This document shows positions 47,698-56,777 of a DNA stretch of 64,000 nt, in pieces. The stretch spans positions 1,568,001 through 1,632,000 of the forward strand of contig CP147779.1 in the NCBI GenBank assembly GCA_037308085.1, in the 5' to 3' direction. This DNA comes from Promethearchaeati archaeon SRVP18_Atabeyarchaeia-1. Lineage in GTDB: Archaea; Asgardarchaeota; Atabeyarchaeia; Atabeyarchaeales; Atabeyarchaeaceae. The position numbers and the translations under genes are program-made. Numbering within the stretch: the first letter of the stretch is position 1; each line of letters starts with the position of its first letter. Below the pieces are notes generated by a model. The model was not told where the DNA came from and searched no databases. It was given only the letters and a program-made list of their open reading frames with translations.

Positions 47698-49620
47698 GTG
47701 ATTTCGTTGAGTTTGCGACATCTTTTTGAGCCCATAAAGTTGGGCAACTTGGTCGTCAAAAACAGGATTGTCATGCCCACCATTACGACTGGATTCTCGA
47801 TAGGTCCCGTCAATGAACAGCTTACTAATTACTTCATTGAGAGGGCTAAGGGTGGGGCAGGGATGATCTTTGTCGGAATCTGCGGAATAGAGAAAGGTTT
47901 GAACTACACGATTGACGTCTCGTCAGATGAGACTGTTCCCGGATTGAAGGGATTAGCAAAAGCGATCAGGGCTGAAGGGGTGCGCGCGGGATTGCAGCTT
48001 TTCCATCCGGGGCGTTACGAGTTCACTTGGATCACTGGGAGGAAGCCTGTCTCAGCCTCGGACGTCGCTTCAACTTTGGCTGGAACTGAGAAGCCGCGGG
48101 CGCTGACGGTGCCTGAGATAGAGAAGATCGAGGACGAGTATGCGCAGGCAGCTCTGAGGACGAAGAATGCAGAGTTCGATGCCGCTGAGTTCATAGGTTC
48201 GGCTGGCTACCTGATTAGCCAATTCCTGTCACCTGTTACCAACAAGAGAACTGATGGTTATGGGGGAAGTATGGATAATCGCATGAGGTTTCCTCTCGAG
48301 ATAGTTGAGAGAACGAAGCAGCTTGTCGGGGAGTCCTATCCGATAGTGTTCAGGTTGAGCGGTGATGAACTGGTTCCAGGTGGAAATGGGCTTGAGCAGA
48401 CGAAGATCATCGCCCGTAGCCTTGAGGATGCTGGCGTGGTGGGTTTCAACATCACTGCTGGTTGGCATGAGTCGAGAGTACCAATGATAACGATGGATGT
48501 GCCACGGGGAGGCTACGTCTATCTGGCTGAGGGGGTCAAGAAGGTCCTCAGCAGCGCGAAGGTTATGGCGAGTAACAGAATCAATGATCCAGTGCTCGCC
48601 GATAGGATCATAGGTGAAGGGAAAGCTGACATGGTCTCGATGGGTAGACCACTCATAGCCGACCCTGAACTTCCGAGGAAGGCGATGCAGCGGAGGTTCG
48701 ACGACATAAGGATGTGCGTTGCATGTAACCAAGGCTGCTTTGATCACATATTTCAGGCTAGCCCGATAACTTGCATGGTAAACCCTATGGTGGGCAAAGA
48801 GGGCAAGATCAAGGTCACACCCGCAACAAAGGAGAAGAAGATCGTTGTCGTTGGCGGAGGACCAGCTGGGCTTGAGGCTGCAATGATTGCCGCCCAGAGG
48901 GGACACAATGTCTTTCTCTTTGAGCGGGATAGCAAGCTTGGCGGGCAGCTCAACCTGGCTGCGGTCGCGCCTCACAAGGATGAGCTTGGCAACATAGTAA
49001 GCTATCTCTCAACCCAAGTGAGGAAGCTCGGAGTAAAGACCATGCTTGGACGAGAGGTGACCATGGGCCTGCTGCAGTCGGAGAATCCAGACGCGATTGT
49101 TGTCGCAACGGGGGCGCTGCCCGTAAAACCGATCATCCCTACCGAGAGGGGCCAGACGGTGGTTCAGGCCTGGGATGTCCTCGCGGGGACTGAGCTGAAA
49201 GGGAGTAACGTGGTAATCGCTGGAGGCGGAGGAACTGGCTGCTACACTGCCCACTATCTTGCTGACAAGAAAGGGAAGAAAGTCACCGTGGTTGAGATGC
49301 TGGATAAAGTCGCCAATGACGTTGGAGTCTCATCAAGGTGGATACTCAGAAAGCAGCTGAACGACTGCGGCGTAAACGTCATCACAGGCGCCAAGCTCCA
49401 GAACATAACGAAGAATGCTGTCACTGTCATGAGAGGAGGCAAAGAGGAGTCAGTGAGTGCCGATGCAGTAGTACTAGCACTAGGAGCGACACCAAACAAC
49501 GCGCTATTCAAACTGGCCAAAGAGAAGTTCAGCGCGATCTACAGTGTGGGCGACTGCGTTAAGCCGAGGAAGGCTCTGGAAGCAATACATGAAGGATTCG
49601 ATGTCGGCCTCAATGTGTAG
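47698..49620 (+). CDS. NADH:flavin oxidoreductase (2,4-dienoyl-CoA reductase FadH-like)
   Basis: GYLISQFLSP, NKRTDGYGG, CVACNQGC, GGGPAG. Confidence 0.92.
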   Translation: MISLSLRHLFEPIKLGNLVVKNRIVMPTITTGFSIGPVNEQLTNYFIERAKGGAGMIFVGICGIEKGLNYTIDVSSDETVPGLKGLAKAIRAEGVRAGLQLFHPGRYEFTWITGRKPVSASDVASTLAGTEKPRALTVPEIEKIEDEYAQAALRTKNAEFDAAEFIGSAGYLISQFLSPVTNKRTDGYGGSMDNRMRFPLEIVERTKQLVGESYPIVFRLSGDELVPGGNGLEQTKIIARSLEDAGVVGFNITAGWHESRVPMITMDVPRGGYVYLAEGVKKVLSSAKVMASNRINDPVLADRIIGEGKADMVSMGRPLIADPELPRKAMQRRFDDIRMCVACNQGCFDHIFQASPITCMVNPMVGKEGKIKVTPATKEKKIVVVGGGPAGLEAAMIAAQRGHNVFLFERDSKLGGQLNLAAVAPHKDELGNIVSYLSTQVRKLGVKTMLGREVTMGLLQSENPDAIVVATGALPVKPIIPTERGQTVVQAWDVLAGTELKGSNVVIAGGGGTGCYTAHYLADKKGKKVTVVEMLDKVANDVGVSSRWILRKQLNDCGVNVITGAKLQNITKNAVTVMRGGKEESVSADAVVLALGATPNNALFKLAKEKFSAIYSVGDCVKPRKALEAIHEGFDVGLNV

Positions 49621-49644
49621 AGTTACTGCTATCCTGGCGGGCGA

Positions 49645-49950
49645 TTATCGAAAAGCCGTTCCCCTAATGTCGAACGATGTGTATTCTCCTCTGTACGGTA
49701 GCCACTCGACCTTCACGTTTGTGACGTAAGACCCAGATGGGCCTCTGTTGCACCATCCGATCATCTTCTCGACGCTCTCCTTCTCCCCTTCGATCATCGC
49801 TTCCACGCGCCCATCGGATAGGTTCCTGACCCAGCCGGTAACACCGAGCCTGCGAGCAGCGCTACAAGCGTTTGCCCTGTAGCCAACTCTTTGGACCTCC
49901 CCCTCGACGTAGACGTGTGCAGTGACCTTCAAGTCCGACGCGCCCTCCAA
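49645..49950 (-). CDS. acyP: Acylphosphatase
   Basis: VQRVGYR, GWVRNLSDGRVE. Confidence 0.93.
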   Translation of the reverse strand: MEGASDLKVTAHVYVEGEVQRVGYRANACSAARRLGVTGWVRNLSDGRVEAMIEGEKESVEKMIGWCNRGPSGSYVTNVKVEWLPYRGEYTSFDIRGTAFR

Positions 49951-50276
49951 CTTGGGTCACTTAGTGCTGCCGATCCGCTCCACTTTCCTGCTCTCTGATC
50001 TGTGCAGCTTCTGATAGTTCTTTCTATATAGTCTTTGTGGATTCGTCGTCCCCCTCTATTCATCACAGAGGTCAATCCTTACTGCTGGACCCCTAGTCCC
50101 TCAAGTCTCCCTTGAAGACTTCCAGAAAGTGAGGCACTCAGGAAGGCATTAGACTGGGATGAGCCGCATCTCGATACACTCATAATATATGGCACCGGAA
50201 TTCCATTAGTTGTTGGCTGATAGTGAATTGCTTGGGTCAAGGATTGAGAACCGGCGTATAGACTGAGAGCCTCAGG

Positions 50277-51986
50277 GTGAAGCAAGGAATGACGGGGGAA
50301 ACACGCTTCTCAGATCTGTGTGAGGTCATGGAGAAGCTTGAGTCTACAAAGAAGAGAGGCGCGATGGTCTCCGAGGCAGCGGAGCTCCTCAGGCGGCTTC
50401 TTCGAGAAGAGCTCATACCGGCCACGCTATTCCTCACGGGAAAAGCCTTTCCGTCATATGATGAGAGAACCTTGGACGTCAGCGGCGCAACACTCTGGCG
50501 GGTAGTGCTGAGAGCCGCTCCAGCCAAGCCAGAAGATCTGGGAAAGGCTTTCGAAGAGAGCGGTGACTTTGGGGACGCCGTGAAGAGTGTTCTGTCAAGA
50601 CATGCGGATGCTGGAAAGCAGGGTACGTTGCTCTTTCGCCCTCCGCTGTCCATTCTTGAAGTCAAGAGGCAGCTAGACGAACTTGCTGCGGTCTCAGGTG
50701 AAGGCTCCAGGAAAAGAAAAGAACGGGTTATTGAGGGGTTACTTGCAAGGGCTACACCCTTGGAAGCGAAATTCCTCGTCAGGATGATCCTCGGCGAGAT
50801 GAGAACGGGATTCCAAGAGGGGTTACTAGTCGAGTCGGTCTCCAAAGCATTCAACGTACCAAGTGAACTCGCAAGGAGAGCCGTAATGATTGCTGGAGAC
50901 ATAGGCATTGTTGCGGTAGCCGCCAAAGACGGCGGTGAAGCAGCATTGGATTCAATGCATGTAAAGCCATTCCGCGTCATAAAGCCGATGCTTGCTGCCG
51001 GCGCCTCGAGCGTTCAGGAAGCCCTTTCGGAGCACGGGGGGACATCAGCCTTTGAGTACAAGCTCGATGGAGCAAGAGTGCAAATACACATCTTAGAAGG
51101 CGCCGTAAGAATCTGGAGCAGAAGGCTCACTGAGGTAACTGAAAGCCTTCTTGACATAGTTCAGCTGATCAGGGCCAACCTGAAGGTGCATTCAGCGATC
51201 CTTGAGGGAGAAGTTGTCGCCATCGGTCGAGCAGGTAGGCCGCTACCGTTCCAGCATTTGATGAGACGTTTCCGTCGGAAACACGATGTCGACAATACAA
51301 TTCAGAGAATCCCGGCCGAACTCTATCTCTTCGATCTCCTCTTCATCGAAGGGGAAAGCCTGATCGACAAACCATACACCGAGAGAAGGAAACGGCTGTC
51401 AGAGCTGACGGAGAAGCTCCACCTTGTGAAAAGCCTTGTGACTAGTGATACAAATGTTGCTGAGAAACTTCTTAGTGAAGCGTTAGAGTTGGGGCACGAA
51501 GGACTAGTTGCGAAGAGTCTCAATGGAACCTATACACCTGGGACACGGGGCAAAAAATGGCTGAAAATAAAACAGGTCATGGAGCCTCTAGATCTCGTCA
51601 TAACTGAAGCTGAGTATGGTTATGGGAAAAGGCACCAATGGCTATCGGACTACACTCTCTCGACAAGGGATGAAGAGACTGGAAAGTTTATGCCAATAGG
51701 AAAGACATTCAAGGGCCTCACAGATGAGGAGATAAAAGAAATGACCGCGCGGCTGAAATCATTAATGTTGACTAAACGTGGCAGGAAAATCATTCTGAAA
51801 CCAGAGGTCGTCGTAGAGGTCGCATTCAACGAGATACAGGAAAGCCCGAAATACAAAAGCGGAATGGCGCTCCGATTCGCGAGAATAACGCGAATTAGAC
51901 TGGACAAGTCCCCTGAAGAGGCTGACACGATCAAGCGCGTAAGGGACCTCTATGAGGGTCAATTCTTACACAAGGCATCGCTCTAG
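50277..51986 (+). CDS. lig: ATP-dependent DNA ligase
   Basis: EYKLDGAR, EGLVAK, WLKIK, ALRFARI. Confidence 0.96.
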   Translation: MKQGMTGETRFSDLCEVMEKLESTKKRGAMVSEAAELLRRLLREELIPATLFLTGKAFPSYDERTLDVSGATLWRVVLRAAPAKPEDLGKAFEESGDFGDAVKSVLSRHADAGKQGTLLFRPPLSILEVKRQLDELAAVSGEGSRKRKERVIEGLLARATPLEAKFLVRMILGEMRTGFQEGLLVESVSKAFNVPSELARRAVMIAGDIGIVAVAAKDGGEAALDSMHVKPFRVIKPMLAAGASSVQEALSEHGGTSAFEYKLDGARVQIHILEGAVRIWSRRLTEVTESLLDIVQLIRANLKVHSAILEGEVVAIGRAGRPLPFQHLMRRFRRKHDVDNTIQRIPAELYLFDLLFIEGESLIDKPYTERRKRLSELTEKLHLVKSLVTSDTNVAEKLLSEALELGHEGLVAKSLNGTYTPGTRGKKWLKIKQVMEPLDLVITEAEYGYGKRHQWLSDYTLSTRDEETGKFMPIGKTFKGLTDEEIKEMTARLKSLMLTKRGRKIILKPEVVVEVAFNEIQESPKYKSGMALRFARITRIRLDKSPEEADTIKRVRDLYEGQFLHKASL

Positions 51987-52079
51987 CGATAGGAAAACGC
52001 AAGCTTAATGTGCAGGAGAAAACAGAGAAGCAACGGTGTAAGCAAGTAGCTTTCGATAAACTGGGCGTCTGGTGTATTC

Positions 52080-53753
52080 TTGATGAACAGGAACTTAGCA
52101 ATCATCCTAGTTGTTGGCGTGATCGTCTTTTCCGCAGGCTTAACTCCACTGATTCTTGTGAATGCTCAAAGCCCTAGTCAGACATTCTCGACAACTTCGT
52201 CTGATGGCACCCGAATAGTGTATGACGTAACTATGAGACCAGGTACGCCGATGAATGCGCCCGTTGCGGTACTGATCCACGGCTTCTCCGGAAACAGGAT
52301 AATGATGAGGATGATGGCCTTCGCTCTCGCTGACAAGGGCTTCATCTGTGCATCGATCGACCTTAGGGGTCATGGATCAAGTGAGGGTGTTATGGATGGA
52401 ACCGGCAGTTTCGTCGATGATGTGTACGCTGTAATCGGAGCTCTTCACGCAAGCGGGATAGGAAACACGTCAAGACTACTTCTGGTTGGGCACAGCATGG
52501 GCGGAGGGGTTGTGCTCACCCTCGGTACGCAGCTCACATCAGTCGCCGCCATCATCGGCGTTGCACCCGCATCATCACCAGCCTGGGTTAACACTACAAC
52601 TCCGAAGAATCTACTGCTAATAATCTCAACCGGCGATTCAGTGATCAACGCCACCACCGTGAAGCAGACATTCAACAAATCCGTAGGCTTGCCATCTTGG
52701 AACCCCAACACGATCTACCATGTAAATGGAACCGATAGAGAGCTCTTCGTCGTGGCTGGTCCAGACCACCTGGGCATACTCTATAATGCGGCGGTAATAA
52801 GCCAGATCGTATATTGGGCAACTACTTACGTGATGGGAGCAGGACAGCCTCTAGGGACAAGCCCAGACGTGATCTACTTGGCTGTGTACGTATCCATCGC
52901 TGGCGGCGTAATCATGATCATCTCGGCATTGGCCTTGGTGCATGAGAAACTATGGCAACAGAAGAAGAAACCAGAAACGAAAGGCAAGACAGATGTCAAG
53001 AACCTGCTCATATTGGGAGTCCTGGCAGTGCTCCTCGCAGGAGTCTTGGGTTCAGTCGTTGCTGTCGTGATGACATTTGTCTTGGTCTTGGTAACGCCTC
53101 TCTTTGTGACCAACTTCCTAATGGGGATTTTCCTTGGAAATTCGATAACGCTAGGAATTTTTGCAATGATGAAGTTGAGGCATAGTAGCAAGGAGTTCTC
53201 GTACCGTAGATTCCTCAGAGAATCAATCATTCGACCATCAGTCAAGGTGGACCTTGCGTCTGGAATTGTGGGAGCAATAGCTTTCATGGCGCTGCTTGCA
53301 GTGACTTTCGGCGGCAATACGACACTGACGTTTTCAACTGCATCAATTAGGCTGATCTCTCTACCTCTCTGCATACTGATCTTCGGCCTGGTCTTCATGT
53401 TCTACGAGTCGTTTTTCAAGGCTGTTGCAAGACCGTTGATGGCCGATGGAGCCAAGCGCATGGTTCTCTCAGTGATCTTTGAGCTCATAGTACTCCTAGT
53501 GGCCTTCGTGATTGAACTGGTGATCATAACAACGCTCTTGTCATTAGCTATGCCATCATTGGGCGTAGGCTCACTCATACTTGGGCTGGGGCTTCAGATG
53601 GTTCTACTCGTCCTTGTTCCTCTGTCGATAGGCGTACTATCAGCCGAGCTCTTCTACGGGAAGACAGGTGGATGGCTCACACAGATCATAATAGGTGCGC
53701 TCCTCTTTGCCACGCTGACCGTGGTATTCTCGCCTGTCCTGTACCTCTTCTGA
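52080..53753 (+). CDS. Alpha/beta hydrolase with a C-terminal multi-TM domain
   Basis: Signal/TM, HGFSG, DLRGHG, GHSMGG. Confidence 0.85.
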   Translation: MMNRNLAIILVVGVIVFSAGLTPLILVNAQSPSQTFSTTSSDGTRIVYDVTMRPGTPMNAPVAVLIHGFSGNRIMMRMMAFALADKGFICASIDLRGHGSSEGVMDGTGSFVDDVYAVIGALHASGIGNTSRLLLVGHSMGGGVVLTLGTQLTSVAAIIGVAPASSPAWVNTTTPKNLLLIISTGDSVINATTVKQTFNKSVGLPSWNPNTIYHVNGTDRELFVVAGPDHLGILYNAAVISQIVYWATTYVMGAGQPLGTSPDVIYLAVYVSIAGGVIMIISALALVHEKLWQQKKKPETKGKTDVKNLLILGVLAVLLAGVLGSVVAVVMTFVLVLVTPLFVTNFLMGIFLGNSITLGIFAMMKLRHSSKEFSYRRFLRESIIRPSVKVDLASGIVGAIAFMALLAVTFGGNTTLTFSTASIRLISLPLCILIFGLVFMFYESFFKAVARPLMADGAKRMVLSVIFELIVLLVAFVIELVIITTLLSLAMPSLGVGSLILGLGLQMVLLVLVPLSIGVLSAELFYGKTGGWLTQIIIGALLFATLTVVFSPVLYLF

Positions 53754-53924
53754 GAAACCACAAAGTCAACGACGGAATCTTACCCACTCCCCATTTTTTG
53801 GGAATGCACTTAATGTCGATCTTAGCGTGGCAAGGCCATTCTCATCACGAGGCTTTCTTGCCCGAGTTTGTAAGGCGTGTGCGCCTTGAAAGCGCAGACT
53901 GTTCTTATCATACTTGCGCATCGT

Positions 53925-54072
53925 CAAATCTGGTCGATATCATCGATGAATTGCACGGCCAGCCTCAACATGTCTCAAAGGTAGCCAACTTTTCTGGCGT
54001 GTCTTCACGATTGTGCCAAACAACCTAGAACCCATCCTCTGCCAGACCGATAACTGAGGTCGTCTTAGGCCC
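53925..54072 (-). pseudogene. Decayed duplicate of the 3' end of the M28 peptidase gene
   Basis: Translates TSVIGLAEDGF*VVWHNREDTPEKL/DMLRLAVQFIDDIDQ versus intact TSVIGLARDGFPVVWHNREDTPKKL/DMLKLAVQFIEDVDQ. Confidence 0.9.
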
Positions 54073-54121
54073 CTATTATTCTGTTCTTGAGAATGGGTGG
54101 TATTTAGGGTTCCGTGGGCAA

Positions 54122-55255
54122 ATGCCTAGCGAATATCGAGGCAGATCAGATTTGGTCCATGAGTTGAATATTGATAACTTGTCGTCTCAAGAGTGGAGTT
54201 ATCTTCACGGGTTGTTTCTGACAGATGGGTGCTCGAATATTTCGAGGATCAGAGGCTCGCCTATTGGTTATCGAGTGGTATTCTATTTCGGTGGAAAGAG
54301 CGATGATGAAAAGGCTTCAGCCCAAAAAGTTGCAGGACTATTGAAGCGTATTGGACTGAACCCAAGGATCAAGGCAGTTCCAGGAAAAAGGATGATAATA
54401 GTGCAAGTATTCTCGAAAACCCTCATGAGATTTCTGCCAGACAAGAACAAGCTGACGATAGATGCCAAGGAGAGACAGAGATTCTTTGAGGACAATGGAC
54501 TCTGTGATACCGGTGGCAAGAGAGGAATTGCGTTCTTGGCAGGTCTCTTGGATGGCGATGGATACTGTGCGGTGGATGTGGCGACTTGCCGCTTTGGGTT
54601 GTTGCAGCAATAGAAGTAGGGTTTTACTCAGGGCAAGTATCCGTTTCTCGTTGACTATATGAGGAGGCTCATTGGGTTCCTTTCTCAAGATAGTGTGAAT
54701 GTTAGGATGCGCAATGACGGCTGTTCTGAGGTACGTATTTGTAAGCCTGGGATTGTGGCATTACTCAATGCTGGGATCGCGAAATACTCTTGGAGAGTGG
54801 GCGTCTGGCTGAAGAGAATAGCCGCGGCTCGGAGCGAAAGAGCGAAGTACTATACTGTCGGGCAGGCTGCACGTGAATTGGGCGTCATGTGTAAGACTGT
54901 GCGAAAGTGGCTTAGAATGGGCAAAATGAGGTGGATCAGAAGAGAGGGAACCAGAGTAAGAAAGAGAACCAGAACGGTGATGGGTCGATCCTTATCATGG
55001 TACTATATTCCTATTGACGAGGTAGTCAAGCTTAAGGCTTCCTTGGAAGCCGAGAGGCAAAGTGTGCGAATGCTAAAGAATGAAGGGGTGGAGTTTTCGA
55101 GACTAGCTAAAATGTTGGGTGTCCCATATTCTACGCTGTATTGCTGGTATCAGGGCGGAGTGTTTCAAGCAATGCTGGTTAAGGAGAGGAATCTGCGAAT
55201 CTTGATAGTGCCGAAGAGAGAAGTCGAAAACATCAAGAGAAAAGCGGAGAAATGA
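54122..55255 (+). pseudogene. Double-motif LAGLIDADG endonuclease with C-terminal HTH domains, interrupted by two in-frame TAGs
   Basis: YLHGLFLTDG and FLAGLLDGDG; ORFs 54122 and 54659 share a frame; TAG at 54611 and 54617. Confidence 0.85.
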
Positions 55256-55271
55256 AAGGACCAAGTCTCTC

Positions 55272-56507
55272 CTACTCTCTTTTCCTTTCATCTGCCCCTC
55301 TTTGATCCACGTCTTCAATGAATTGCACTGCCAACTTCAACATGTCATACAAGTTCTCGCTGCTCAGCTTCTTGGGAGTATCTTCACGGTTGTGCCAGAC
55401 TACTGGAAATCCATCTCTCGCCAGTCCTATCACTGAGGTTGCTCTGATTCCCTTTTTTGAGTAGAATGCTGAGTCCGTTCCTCCCATTGAGAACGGACGT
55501 ATCTCAACAGGGTACTTGATACCACACTTGGAGGCTGAATGTTGAAGCATCTTGCAGAGTTCCATTGAGTGCTTCGTCGTATACATCTTCTCCTCGTTCA
55601 CAATCACGAACCTACCAACTCCAGCGGTGTCAAAGTTTATTACATAGGTGTTCCATTTTTCGAGTTCCCTTAGATGCCTGTCTACGAATCTTTTTGAGCC
55701 ACGCATACATTCTTCACACCCATGCGAGATCAATAGAACGCTCGTATTGCGTGGTCTGTTGCCTGAAAGATACTCGGCGACTCCGAGGGTGACCGCAACG
55801 CCTGAGAGGTTGTCATTTGCCCCCAATGTTTGTGTGCCAGACTTCAACCCGAGTCTCAATGCTACAGTCAATATCACACCTATAATGGGCACTAGAATGA
55901 GGAGATCAAAGAGTCTGAATCCCAGAAGGGTCCAGTTCATGTAGAACAGGTTGAAGTACTCGCCCGAGATCTTCGCGACATACACGGCGAAGATCAGACC
56001 GATAACTACTATTATGATGGTTATGAACCTGGATGACTTCGCCCTCCACTTTATTGGAATTGGGAATTCGACTGGGCTATCGTGGTGTGCCCCAATTATG
56101 ACAGTCGCCTTTGCCTTTCCCTTCGCTTTGATTTTCCCATAGATATTGGCGGAGGTTCTCTTCCTGAATAAGGGGTCGGCGAATTCTCGCAGGTGATTCA
56201 TCTCCAGGACGTAGCAGAGTAACCCCAGGACCGTGAGCAAAACTGAAACCCAGGTGAACCACAAGTAGAATCCTGCGGCCAAAAGCTGCAGTACAGGAAT
56301 GATATTGAGGATCCCTAGGAACCCTCCAGGCCTACACGTGAAAGGCTCAACTTTCACCTCGTCGCAGAACCTCTCATACTCCACCTTTATCACCTGGCCG
56401 GCTTTCGACTCGTTTTCGCTGGTGCCAGGTCTTGACCCTATGTCCTTGCAGACGCGCTCTATGAAGCCAAACATATAATCAACATAGGACTTCTTATCCA
56501 GCTTCAT
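55272..56507 (-). CDS. M28 family peptidase with TM insertions
   Basis: GAHHDS, GANDNLSG, CEE, GGTD, WHNREDT. Confidence 0.92.
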   Translation of the reverse strand: MKLDKKSYVDYMFGFIERVCKDIGSRPGTSENESKAGQVIKVEYERFCDEVKVEPFTCRPGGFLGILNIIPVLQLLAAGFYLWFTWVSVLLTVLGLLCYVLEMNHLREFADPLFRKRTSANIYGKIKAKGKAKATVIIGAHHDSPVEFPIPIKWRAKSSRFITIIIVVIGLIFAVYVAKISGEYFNLFYMNWTLLGFRLFDLLILVPIIGVILTVALRLGLKSGTQTLGANDNLSGVAVTLGVAEYLSGNRPRNTSVLLISHGCEECMRGSKRFVDRHLRELEKWNTYVINFDTAGVGRFVIVNEEKMYTTKHSMELCKMLQHSASKCGIKYPVEIRPFSMGGTDSAFYSKKGIRATSVIGLARDGFPVVWHNREDTPKKLSSENLYDMLKLAVQFIEDVDQRGADERKRE

Positions 56508-56777
56508 CGTAATCCCTCACTACCCATGTTCGCGCTGACCAGCTACATAATTGTTTAGTTTCATGGTTCTGTTAACTCTTCGAGTGATGAGTCAACTGGG
56601 TGGGTAGCTCGCTTTGTCTACGATGGGAGGGGGTTGCGAAGAGAGAAGAAAGCGGGACGAGGTAACTCAAGTTCAGCAATAAGCATTTATTAGCCGCGTG
56701 GGCTGTTACGTGGTGAATATACTGTTGACGCGCGCCCGAGGGCGCCGTTTGTGCGAATCAAGGTGGTCATCGAAGAG

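Noticed and set aside
54611-54619. Pyrrolysine or global amber recoding
   Set aside because: TAG ends many intact genes here (katA, thrS, lig); no pyl genes in the window.
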